From positions 23,777 to 87,776 of the forward strand of contig JAUYEG010000070.1 of the NCBI GenBank assembly GCA_030691505.1: a stretch of DNA of 64,000 nucleotides, given 5' to 3'. Under the pieces are notes generated by a model. It did no database searches, was not told where the DNA came from, and saw nothing but the letters and a program-made list of their open reading frames with translations. The DNA comes from Bacillota bacterium. Its GTDB lineage: Bacteria > Bacillota > Sulfobacillia > JAUYEG01. Within the stretch, counting starts at the first letter, position 1; each line of letters begins with the position of its first letter. The position numbers and the translations under genes are program-made. Of this stretch, positions 37,423 through 46,090 are shown one piece after another.

Positions 37423-37973
37423 GAGGCCTGCTGAGATACCGGCTGTTTCTCGCCATAGTCGCATTTGACCTGCTCGTGCTGGCTTTCAGGCCTGCGACCG
37501 GAATCACGCTTTTCGGGCACTCCTGGCGCGTGCTGGCACAAATGCTCGGGCTCCTGCCTCCGGTGTTTTTGTTTCTCGGTCTGCTTGATGTATGGGTCCC
37601 GCGGGAGACCGTCATGCGCTTCGTCGGCGAGCGTTCGGGGGTGCTGGGCATGGCCCTGAGCATTGTGCTTGGGGCGGCGGCCGCGGGCCCGCTGTATGGA
37701 GCGTTCCCGATTGCCGAGGCCATGGCGCGCAAGGGCGCCCGCTACCTGAACATACTGATATTCCTCGGCGCCTGGTCCACCCTCAAAGTGCCGATGTTTC
37801 TTTTCGAGTTCTCAGCGCTCGGCCCGCGCTTCGCAGTCACCCGCTGGGCGGTCAACGTCGTCGGGATCATCGGCATGGCCTACCTTATCGACAGGCTGAT
37901 GTCGCCGGCCGAAAAGGCGATCCTGGGGTCGGGTACCGCGGGCGGCGGCAGGGCCGAGAGGACCCGGAGTTAG
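37419..37973 (+). CDS. DUF318-family permease, half-size subunit B
   Basis: Homologous to subunit A (LLPPVFLFLGLLDVWVP, GPLYGAFPIAEAMARKGA); the ATGA start/stop overlap suggests translational coupling. Confidence 0.7.
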   Translation: MRGLLRYRLFLAIVAFDLLVLAFRPATGITLFGHSWRVLAQMLGLLPPVFLFLGLLDVWVPRETVMRFVGERSGVLGMALSIVLGAAAAGPLYGAFPIAEAMARKGARYLNILIFLGAWSTLKVPMFLFEFSALGPRFAVTRWAVNVVGIIGMAYLIDRLMSPAEKAILGSGTAGGGRAERTRS

Positions 37974-37976
37974 CCG

Positions 37977-39320
37977 CTACGGCGCCTTGTCGTAGAGCAG
38001 CCGGCCGACGCGGCTGAGCAGGAAACCGCCGGTCAGGCAGGCCAGCCCGGCCAAAACGGCGGCCACGCGGAGCCCCGCATCGCAGTCGGGGCCGGCGCCG
38101 AGGAGCGCAAAGAGCGAGCCGGCCATCCAGGCAGCCACGGCAAGAGCCCCTTTGAGCACCATACCCTGCGCCCCAAAGTGCAGGGCCTCCTGTCCGTTCC
38201 CGGTCGCCAGGCGCCGGCTGTCGGTGATCTCGGCCAGTATCGGATGTGGCAAGGTGTACACGCAGGCCAGCATCGGCCCGCTCAGTGCCGCCAGCATCCA
38301 GACGCCCGCTGGCCCAATCGCAGCCAGCGGCAGGACCAACCCCAGACCTGCCGCGGCGACACTCAGCACGCCGACCTTGCCAAACCGAAGCGCCAGCCGG
38401 CCCACAATGGGGATCGTGGCAGCCGTGCCCGCCACGTTGATGAGCCCGAGCCGGCCGACCCCCCAGGGGGGCAGCCTCAGGACAGCGGTCACCAGGTAGG
38501 GAAGCGAGATGGAGAACATGTTGAGGCCGATCCAGAGAGCGGCGGCACCCATGAGATAGAGCCGGAAGGCAGGTTCCTCGGCGACAAGGCTCCATGCCGC
38601 GCGCAAAGGTCCTCCTTCGGGCCGGTCATCAGGTGGCGCGGGCTCCCGCGCCGGGCGAACGGTCACCGGCTCGCGGGCAAACACGACCCCCACCACGAGA
38701 AAGCAGACTGCCGCCAGCGCTGCGACAAGCGTTCCTCCCGCGGGGAAACCGTACTCATCAAACAGGCGCCCTGAGAGCAGCACGATGGTGCCTCCGCCGG
38801 CGATCGAACCGGCGGCCTGCCACGAGGCCATCTGCATCCGGGTCTTCGGCGACGGTACCTCCGCGAGCATCGCCAGGTACGGGATGACGACGACGGTGTA
38901 CAGTGCGAAGAAAGCTGACAGGGTCACTCCGATCCGCAACGCCCGGATAGGCGGTGGGTCAGACGAATACGGCGCCCACAGCAGGGCGAAAATCAGGCCC
39001 ATGGGTATCGCGGCCCCGAGGACGAAGGGGAGGCGCCTTCCCAGACGGGTGTCGGTGCGGTCGCTCCAGCGGCCAACATATGGGTCCGCGAGCGCATCCA
39101 CAACCCTGCCCGCGGCCATCGCCAGGCCAAAATATCCATGGCCCACGCCGCCCGCCACCGTATCTCGTGCGCCGGTTGCGTAGAAAAGCAGCCACGTCAC
39201 AATGGTGGTGGTCATCATGCTCGAGGCAAAAGACCCGAGACCGTAGACCATGTGCTTCCATGCGGGGAGAGTTCTCCGCCTTCGAGTCCACCCCAGCCCC
39301 ACCGCCGCACCCCAGTTCAC
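37977..39320 (-). CDS. MFS transporter (GPH/sugar:cation symporter-like)
   Basis: 12 TM; GRWSDRTDTRLGRRLPF motif typical of the GPH family. Confidence 0.8.
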   Translation of the reverse strand: MNWGAAVGLGWTRRRRTLPAWKHMVYGLGSFASSMMTTTIVTWLLFYATGARDTVAGGVGHGYFGLAMAAGRVVDALADPYVGRWSDRTDTRLGRRLPFVLGAAIPMGLIFALLWAPYSSDPPPIRALRIGVTLSAFFALYTVVVIPYLAMLAEVPSPKTRMQMASWQAAGSIAGGGTIVLLSGRLFDEYGFPAGGTLVAALAAVCFLVVGVVFAREPVTVRPAREPAPPDDRPEGGPLRAAWSLVAEEPAFRLYLMGAAALWIGLNMFSISLPYLVTAVLRLPPWGVGRLGLINVAGTAATIPIVGRLALRFGKVGVLSVAAAGLGLVLPLAAIGPAGVWMLAALSGPMLACVYTLPHPILAEITDSRRLATGNGQEALHFGAQGMVLKGALAVAAWMAGSLFALLGAGPDCDAGLRVAAVLAGLACLTGGFLLSRVGRLLYDKAP

Positions 39321-39427
39321 GCCGCTGCCAGGTCATTCGTTCGGTAACCGGGACCACAGTTCCTGCGGTGAGCGCGGTAGAGGCCCGGAAGCTGGAGCCG
39401 TTCGCGTACTCCGTACGTAAGGGGCTC

Positions 39428-39712
39428 TCAGAGGATCCTGGGTGGGGATGCCGGACCGGCTGTCTCCTCGGGTGTGCCTTCGGATGATGTGAGCGAAGGA
39501 TGGCCTCCGTCACCGGGCAGGCCTGCGGGTGTTTGAGCCGCCCGGCGCTTGGGGTGCCTGCGTGACGCCTCGTCGCGCTCAAATAGGACCCAGGCCAGGT
39601 TGAGGAGAAACACCACCGTCGCCACCAGGCGCGACAGGCTACTCGGCGAGAAAATGTATACCCACACGGCGAGCACCGTTACGACCCCAACCTCGATCAA
39701 CTGCAGGACCAT
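39428..39712 (-). CDS. hypothetical small membrane protein
   Basis: 94 aa, two N-terminal TM helices, upstream of and co-oriented with the MFS gene. Confidence 0.3.
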   Translation of the reverse strand: MVLQLIEVGVVTVLAVWVYIFSPSSLSRLVATVVFLLNLAWVLFERDEASRRHPKRRAAQTPAGLPGDGGHPSLTSSEGTPEETAGPASPPRIL

Positions 39713-39882
39713 GGCCTGACCCCCTCCCAGTACCCGTTGGCTTCAGTTTACCGTTATCCTTCCATAGACCAGTATCTCGAAGGTTCCTGCTTCAATGACG
39801 GGCACCGGCACATGGCCTGAACTCCCATCTCCACAGGCGTGAGTTCCCGCCGAACTGGCACTGGTGACCTGTTCAAGAACCT

Positions 39883-41280
39883 CTACCCCACGAGAGGTAT
39901 GCCGTAAGGTCCATCGGCAAGAAAGGCCACCCGGGGGTGGGCGTTGCCCTCCGCGGTCCAAGCCCTGACGGCATCATCCAGTGCGGCCTCGACCATGGCG
40001 GCCAGAAAAGCGGCCGGGTTTGTTATGTCCGCGCAGCCAGCCAGTAAGCTCCGGCCCCCGATTCCAGGCAGGATTGCATAATCCGACCTGCTCAGGCCGG
40101 TTGCGCAATAGTACAGGTTTTCCGGCGGGATGCGCCTCAGAACCTTGGCCCACATCTGCGGCTCCCACTGGTCGTGGACAAACGACCAATCCGGCGAAAG
40201 GATAAGCCGGTCAAAGGAGTCCGCGCCGATCAGCTTTAGCAGGTGCAACACCGTGCGGTACTGCAGGCTGCCGACGGGGTCGATGTCGGTATGGTGCGCG
40301 CCTATGATCAGGCGCCCCCTGTCCCTGAGCGCCGACGCACCCACTACCGCCGCCTTGGCTGCCTGATAGTGGTTGATTCCCACCCTGCCGCCGTGGATGA
40401 CCACGATGTCGTACGGCACGGCAACCGGTATGCCCACATAGCCGGTCAGCGCCTCCACTGCGCGCGCGTGAGCGTGCTCGAGATGCCCGGCAAATACGCC
40501 GGTCAGCCTGAACTCCCGGTCGAGAGTGACGTTGACCGTGAAATCCGCGCCGGCCATCCTGGCGCCCTCGAGAGCCTCCTCGTGGCAGGGGTTGCCGTCA
40601 AGCACCAGGTCCCGCGCCAGCGGCGAAGCGAGCATCTGCGCGCCATGGAAGATGCGCGTGCTCTCCTCCCCGACAAGGCCGGGAACGATGGCCTTGCGGC
40701 CGCCTGACGCCCCGGCCATGAAATGGCTTTCGACCAGGCCGGTGACCACCTTTAGCTGGGCCTCAAGATAGATCCGGCTGACACGGAGCCGGGTGCCCCG
40801 GGAGGTCGTGCCGAGATAGCGCAGCCCGCCGCGGTCGCGGCAGTCGTGGTTGACTACCGAAACGCCGGCTGCCAGAACACGCTCATCGAGCATGGTGCCC
40901 AGCTCTGCTTCGGTCACTGGCCTGTGCGTGCCGGTTGCGACGAGCACTGTCACCCGTTCGGGAGAAAACCCCGCTTGCAGCAGTACTTCGACAACCGGCC
41001 AGAGGATGCCGCTCTCGCTTCGATACGGCACGGGGCGGGTGTTGTCGGATATGACGACGCAGGCCTGTGCGAGGGCGTCGCGGGCAATCGCGCCCCGGGC
41101 GATGTGTGCCAGGGGCGGCGTGCCGATGGGCGAGGCCAGGGCGGCCCGCACAGCTGCACCCGGGTCTGCCAGCGGCCGCGACGGAGCCATAGTGAGAATG
41201 TCTGCGTCTTGCCGCAACTGAAAAGCAACCTTGAACGAACCAAGGTCCATCGTTACCTGCCGGGTTTCGCGGCCGGCCAT
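39883..41280 (-). CDS. LarA-family (nickel-pincer-dependent lactate racemase-like, DUF2088) protein
   Basis: VLVATGTHRP motif and conserved His residues of LarA homologs; 465 aa. Confidence 0.75.
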   Translation of the reverse strand: MAGRETRQVTMDLGSFKVAFQLRQDADILTMAPSRPLADPGAAVRAALASPIGTPPLAHIARGAIARDALAQACVVISDNTRPVPYRSESGILWPVVEVLLQAGFSPERVTVLVATGTHRPVTEAELGTMLDERVLAAGVSVVNHDCRDRGGLRYLGTTSRGTRLRVSRIYLEAQLKVVTGLVESHFMAGASGGRKAIVPGLVGEESTRIFHGAQMLASPLARDLVLDGNPCHEEALEGARMAGADFTVNVTLDREFRLTGVFAGHLEHAHARAVEALTGYVGIPVAVPYDIVVIHGGRVGINHYQAAKAAVVGASALRDRGRLIIGAHHTDIDPVGSLQYRTVLHLLKLIGADSFDRLILSPDWSFVHDQWEPQMWAKVLRRIPPENLYYCATGLSRSDYAILPGIGGRSLLAGCADITNPAAFLAAMVEAALDDAVRAWTAEGNAHPRVAFLADGPYGIPLVG

Positions 41281-41281
41281 T

Positions 41282-42595
41282 CTACGCGCTCCCCTGTACT
41301 GACGGTATCAAGTCCAGATCACCGGCGACCGCGGACTCAAGCAGAGGGCCTAAGTACTTTTCAACCTGATCGGCCTCAACGGGCACCGGCATGTTACGCA
41401 GTTTCATAGCAAGCTGCGGGTTCTTGGCGGCCGCCAAGGTCCGGTCGATGTGCGAGCGCGCGAACCCCGGGAGCTCTCCCAGCGTCGTCGGGTAGCCGAG
41501 TGACCGGCTCAGTTTGAGCATCCCGCGGGCGACAGCCAACCCCAGTTCCCGGCCATGCAGGGTATCGAGGCCGGCATCGACGTAGCCATACCTTGCGTAA
41601 ATCTCCCCCGCCGCACGTACGCGGTCCTCCATCGCCGGGGCAAAAAACACGGCGTAGTAGGGGTTCAGGATGGCGCAGGCACGCCCGTGCGAGGCCACAT
41701 CAACCAGCGAAAAGCTGTTCAGGTGCGGGCCGCTGGTGCCGCCCACCATGATCGCGTAACCCCCGATGTCGGTGCCAAGGGCCAGAGCCTCGCGGGCCTC
41801 CCGATCGTAGAGATCACGGATCGCCACAGGCAGATATTTGACGATGAGTTCAAGTCCGGTGAGTATCGCCGCCTGCGGGCCCTCACCGGTTCCCACGCCG
41901 GGGCCTGCCCCCAGGCTCCAGAAAACCTCCAAGCAGTGGGCTGCCCCGTCAAACGCCCCGTCGAGCGTCAATGCAGCTGGGGCCCCACAGGTCAGCTCGT
42001 GGTCAAAGACGGCACGGGGAGGCACTATCGCGTCGTCGACGATAAGCTTTTTCTGGGCGGCGGCGGGGTCGGTGATGTTGGAGTACTTGGTGAGATGAGC
42101 AGCCGAGCTCGCAGCTGTCTGCACGGCAACCAAAGGGGTCAGCCGTGCACCGGCGGCGCCGAGCGCCCGGGAAACCTCACCCATGCCGAAAAAGGCTTCG
42201 AGCAAGCCGTCCTGCTGCGGCAAGGCCGCGAGTACAAGCGCTGCCTTGGCCGCATCGATGGTGCTGCCGCCGCCGACAGCCACGACTACGTCCGGCTGGT
42301 GATCGAGCATCGCCGCATGCAGGCGGTAGACATCCGCACGGGGCGCGTTGGGCGCGGCGCCGACAACCGGGCCGTCCCCGGCGACCGCCACCCCGGCGGA
42401 GGCGAGAGAGGCTAGGAGTGCCGTGACACCGGGCCCCAACCACGCCGATTGATTCGCGATAACTAGCGCCTTGTGGCCCACACTCGCGGCGTGCCTGCCC
42501 GTCTCCCCTATGGCGCCCCATCCAAAGGTGTAAGTCTCTCCGCGCCATGCCTCCAGCAGGTGGCCGGCCCTTTCCAGCAACGACACGGAAGTCAC
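41282..42595 (-). CDS. iron-containing (group III) alcohol dehydrogenase family protein
   Basis: GGGSTIDAAKA NAD-binding motif and His-rich metal site. Confidence 0.85.
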   Translation of the reverse strand: MTSVSLLERAGHLLEAWRGETYTFGWGAIGETGRHAASVGHKALVIANQSAWLGPGVTALLASLASAGVAVAGDGPVVGAAPNAPRADVYRLHAAMLDHQPDVVVAVGGGSTIDAAKAALVLAALPQQDGLLEAFFGMGEVSRALGAAGARLTPLVAVQTAASSAAHLTKYSNITDPAAAQKKLIVDDAIVPPRAVFDHELTCGAPAALTLDGAFDGAAHCLEVFWSLGAGPGVGTGEGPQAAILTGLELIVKYLPVAIRDLYDREAREALALGTDIGGYAIMVGGTSGPHLNSFSLVDVASHGRACAILNPYYAVFFAPAMEDRVRAAGEIYARYGYVDAGLDTLHGRELGLAVARGMLKLSRSLGYPTTLGELPGFARSHIDRTLAAAKNPQLAMKLRNMPVPVEADQVEKYLGPLLESAVAGDLDLIPSVQGSA

Positions 42596-42777
42596 CGTCC
42601 CTCTACGGTTTCACGCGCAGACGCGCTGACAGATTCCGGTCCTGGCACTCAGGATTCCCGGTTGCGGCTACATGCCCGCTTCGCCCCGCCAATTCGTCCT
42701 CCTGCACCCGTAATCGGGAGCGAGGCCTGAGCCGACGCGGGAACAGGGACAGGACGGTTTTGGTGGAAGTCCGACGC

Positions 42778-43737
42778 ATGGGAGGCATGAACAAGATGAA
42801 AAATTCTGGGTCGCTAAGCGATGGCGGGGCCCGAACCCGGCCACGGTGTTTCGCGGTTGTGACCGGCAGTGCGCAGGACGGGGGAGTGCCCCACATGGGG
42901 TGTAACTGCGCACACTGCCGTGCGTCCCGCCAAAGCCGACGCCACCGGCTCGCGGCCTCATTGGCTCTTGTCATGCGTACTGCGAAGGGGCAGTCGGTGG
43001 TACTGGTCGACGCCGGACCTGACCTGCGCAGGCAAGTAAGGTTAATCCCTCAGCCGCCGGGGCATGCCGGCCCCCGCCGGATGCCCTTTGACGCCGTCAT
43101 GCTGACCCACCTGCACATGGGGCACTGCGCCGGGCTGCTCGAACTTGGTCCGGAGGTTCTCGACGCCAGAGAAGTCCCGGTTTTCTGTACTGCGGCCGTT
43201 GCGGAGGTGCTTGCCAGCAACGCCCCGTGGTCGCTCCTCGTTACAAGGGGGAACATACTTCTCAAGCGGGTGGCGCCGGGCGAACGTTTCGAGCCCCTGC
43301 CCGGTCTGTGGGCCGAGGCATTCTCCGTGCCGCATAGAGATGAGTTCGGCGATACGGTCGGGTACGTTGCCGGATTGTCCGGTGGCAAGAGTGTCCTGTA
43401 CATTCCCGATGCTGACAACTGGCGCGGTCTTGCGACCCCGCTGGCAGAGATGGTGCGAAAGTCGGATTGGGCTTTGCTTGACGGCACGTTTTTTGATCAG
43501 CGAGAACTTGCCAGCGTCACCGGCCGCGATCTCTCCGACGTGCCTCACCCACCGGTCACAGACACGCTAGGACTGCTGAATGGACTGCTCAACCGGGTCA
43601 TCTTCACGCATCTCAACCACACCAACCCGTTGGTCCGACCGGACTCGCCGCAGACTGCTCAATTGGCCTTGCGCGGAGCCGCTGTCGCCGCGGAAGGCAT
43701 GCGCCTAGACCTCTGTCGGAGAGACGGAGAAGATTGA
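42778..43737 (+). CDS. PqqB-like metallo-beta-lactamase-fold protein
   Basis: VVTGSAQDGGVPHMGCNCAHCRASR matches the PqqB N-terminus (GSAAGGGFPQWNCNCPNC); start chosen at the ATG with a GGTGGAAG RBS. No other pqq genes are nearby. Confidence 0.7.
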   Translation: MGGMNKMKNSGSLSDGGARTRPRCFAVVTGSAQDGGVPHMGCNCAHCRASRQSRRHRLAASLALVMRTAKGQSVVLVDAGPDLRRQVRLIPQPPGHAGPRRMPFDAVMLTHLHMGHCAGLLELGPEVLDAREVPVFCTAAVAEVLASNAPWSLLVTRGNILLKRVAPGERFEPLPGLWAEAFSVPHRDEFGDTVGYVAGLSGGKSVLYIPDADNWRGLATPLAEMVRKSDWALLDGTFFDQRELASVTGRDLSDVPHPPVTDTLGLLNGLLNRVIFTHLNHTNPLVRPDSPQTAQLALRGAAVAAEGMRLDLCRRDGED

Positions 43738-44115
43738 CGGCCGGCAGAATCCACGCCGTCGGCCCGCCAGATCCCAAGCACAATCCAGGCCGCCATGCAG
43801 GCGAGCAGGCTGCCAGCCGCATCTGGCCACATGGGTTTAGCTGCAACACGATATAGCGCGTTGCATTCGCTCTATTTTCATACACTCCCGCAAAGTAAAG
43901 CCTTGCATATGGGCCTTTTGGTGGACGAAAGGCCACTCAGTGTAAGCTTTCGGCGCTCTCTTGCGGGTGGTGACGGCAACACGGTCGTCACCTAGGCGGC
44001 CGGACCTCAAGGGGTGCTAACATATTCCTGACCGCCGCGTGCTAGATTGGCTGCAGGGACGTCAGACTGCCGGAAAAGCGTGGTCCGGCCAGGTACAGCG
44101 GGGAGGTGGTCTGTG

Positions 44116-44868
44116 GTGCGCGTGCTCGTCGTCGAGGACGAGGAAGGTATCCGCGAGGTGCTTCGCCAGTATCTGACTGCCGAGGGACACACCGTGCTGG
44201 AGGCGCCGGACGGAACCTCGGGCCTCGCACTTATCCGCCTGGGCAATCCGGAGTTTGTGATCCTCGACCTGATGCTGCCGGGCATCGACGGCTTCACCCT
44301 GTGCGGCGAGCTCCGGCGGCTGCGGCCTGAGGTGCCGGTCATCATGCTCACGGCGAGGGACCACGAGACCGACAAGATCGCCGGCCTGCGGCTCGGAGCC
44401 GATGACTACGTCACCAAACCTTTCAGCCCACGCGAGCTGATGGCGCGCATCGCCGCCGTGGCCCGGCGGTCGCGCAGGCCGGCGGCCACAGTCGGCGACG
44501 ACGCCAAGCGGCCCGCCGCCGCCGAGTCCCCGCCGGCCGACGGGCTGTGGGTCGACCTGGCCGACCGCCGCGCCTTTTACTTTGGCCAGGAGCTATCGCT
44601 GACCCGCTCCGAACTCGCCCTGATCAGCACGCTGGGCGCACGGGCCATGCGTACCTACACAAGGCCCGAACTGCTCGAGCGCCTGCGGGGCGACGACGCG
44701 GAGGTCACGGAGCGGGCGGTGGACGTTCACATCGCCAACCTGCGGAAAAAGCTCGACGAGGCCGCCGCGGCCGCCGGGTTCGGGGCCGGCAATCCCATTG
44801 AAACGGTGTGGGGTCTCGGCTACCGCTGGCGCGAGGAGGTGGCCTCCCGTGTCCGCGCATCCGGCTGA
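44116..44868 (+). CDS. OmpR-family two-component response regulator
   Basis: Receiver-domain D/D/K pattern (VLVVEDEE...ILDLMLPGIDG...YVTKPF) plus a winged-helix C-terminus; GTG start with GGGAGGTGG 6 nt upstream. Confidence 0.85.
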   Translation: MRVLVVEDEEGIREVLRQYLTAEGHTVLEAPDGTSGLALIRLGNPEFVILDLMLPGIDGFTLCGELRRLRPEVPVIMLTARDHETDKIAGLRLGADDYVTKPFSPRELMARIAAVARRSRRPAATVGDDAKRPAAAESPPADGLWVDLADRRAFYFGQELSLTRSELALISTLGARAMRTYTRPELLERLRGDDAEVTERAVDVHIANLRKKLDEAAAAAGFGAGNPIETVWGLGYRWREEVASRVRASG

Positions 44869-46090
44869 CCGCGCCGCGGCCGCAAGGTCGCGGCCGAGCC
44901 TGCGCCTGGTGATTGCGCTGACCCTGATGGGTGTGGCGCTGCTGGCGACGGCTGTCGCGGCTCTGGTCGCCCGGTGGCTTGTCGCCAGGGATATCGGCGC
45001 GCTGCTCGAGGGTATCGGGTGGCGCCCCCCCGGCGGCATCGGCCACGGCATGATGCGCAGCCGGATGCTGCAGGAGCTCTTTGACCGCACCGGCTACGGC
45101 GCCCAGCTGACAAGCAGTATTGTCTACGCCGGCCTTGCGGGGGCCGTCATCGCGGGCGTCGTCGGATACCTGGGCGCAGGTCTCATCGCCCGGCCGCTCT
45201 CCATGCTTTCCGACCGCGTCCGCCGCCTCGCCGCCGGCGACTACGATAGATCACGGAGCACTGACCCGGGCGGCAGAGCGGGGAGCATGGCACCGGGAGC
45301 CAGGTCCAACCCTCCCGCCAGCCACGCGATCGCCGAGGTCAGCGAGATGCGCCAGGCGATCGATACCCTTGCCGGCCAACTGTCCGCGGCTGAAAGCCTC
45401 CGCCGCCGCCTGGTGGAAGACCTGGCGCACGAACTACGCAGTCCGCTTACGGCGGTCCGGGGCTACGCGGAAGGACTGCGTGACGGGGTCTTTCCCGACC
45501 CGGCCCACGCCGTCGCCGGTCTGCAACGCGAGCTTGGGCGGATCGAGAGGCTGATCACCGACCTGCGCAATTCCGCTCTGCCGGGTTCCCCGGCCGAGTT
45601 CTGGCCGGTTGACCTGGGCGAGCTGGCTTCGTCGGTCGCCGCGGGGTACCTCCCCGCGGCCCGCGCAAAAGGCATCGACCTCCAGCTCCAGATCGGTACG
45701 GGCGGCCCGCACGTGGTCCTCGGGGATACCGACCGGCTGGGACAGGTGCTCGCCAACCTGCTCGATAACGCCATCAAGTTCACGCCCGCGGCCGGGGAGG
45801 TGAAGGTCAGCATCGGGCACTTGCCAGGAGATGAGCCGGGGCACATCAGCCTTGCCGTGCGCGACAGCGGCCCCGGCATTCCGGCGCGGGACCTGCCCCA
45901 CATCTTCCAGCGTCTCTACCGGGCCGAAAGGTCGCGGGCCAGAACCACGGGCGGGAGCGGCATCGGCCTGGCAATCGTAAAGCAGATCGTCCTCGGACAC
46001 GGCGGAACCGTTGAGGCCAGCAACGCCGACGGCGGCGGGGCCCTCTTTGTGGTCCGCCTGCCGCAAACAGGGCGGCCCGTTCGAGCCTAG
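44849..46090 (+). CDS. sensor histidine kinase (TM-HAMP-HisKA-HATPase)
   Basis: H-box LAHELRSPLTAV; N, G1 and G2 boxes in the C-terminal half; GTG start with a GGAGGTGG RBS; overlaps the response-regulator gene end. Confidence 0.85.
   Translation: MSAHPADRAAAARSRPSLRLVIALTLMGVALLATAVAALVARWLVARDIGALLEGIGWRPPGGIGHGMMRSRMLQELFDRTGYGAQLTSSIVYAGLAGAVIAGVVGYLGAGLIARPLSMLSDRVRRLAAGDYDRSRSTDPGGRAGSMAPGARSNPPASHAIAEVSEMRQAIDTLAGQLSAAESLRRRLVEDLAHELRSPLTAVRGYAEGLRDGVFPDPAHAVAGLQRELGRIERLITDLRNSALPGSPAEFWPVDLGELASSVAAGYLPAARAKGIDLQLQIGTGGPHVVLGDTDRLGQVLANLLDNAIKFTPAAGEVKVSIGHLPGDEPGHISLAVRDSGPGIPARDLPHIFQRLYRAERSRARTTGGSGIGLAIVKQIVLGHGGTVEASNADGGGALFVVRLPQTGRPVRA

Noticed and set aside
42547-42777. 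N-terminal 77 codons of the ORF-track PqqB-like frame
   Set aside because: Overlaps the convergent Fe-ADH gene. The PqqB homology begins only after the internal ATG at 42778, which has an RBS
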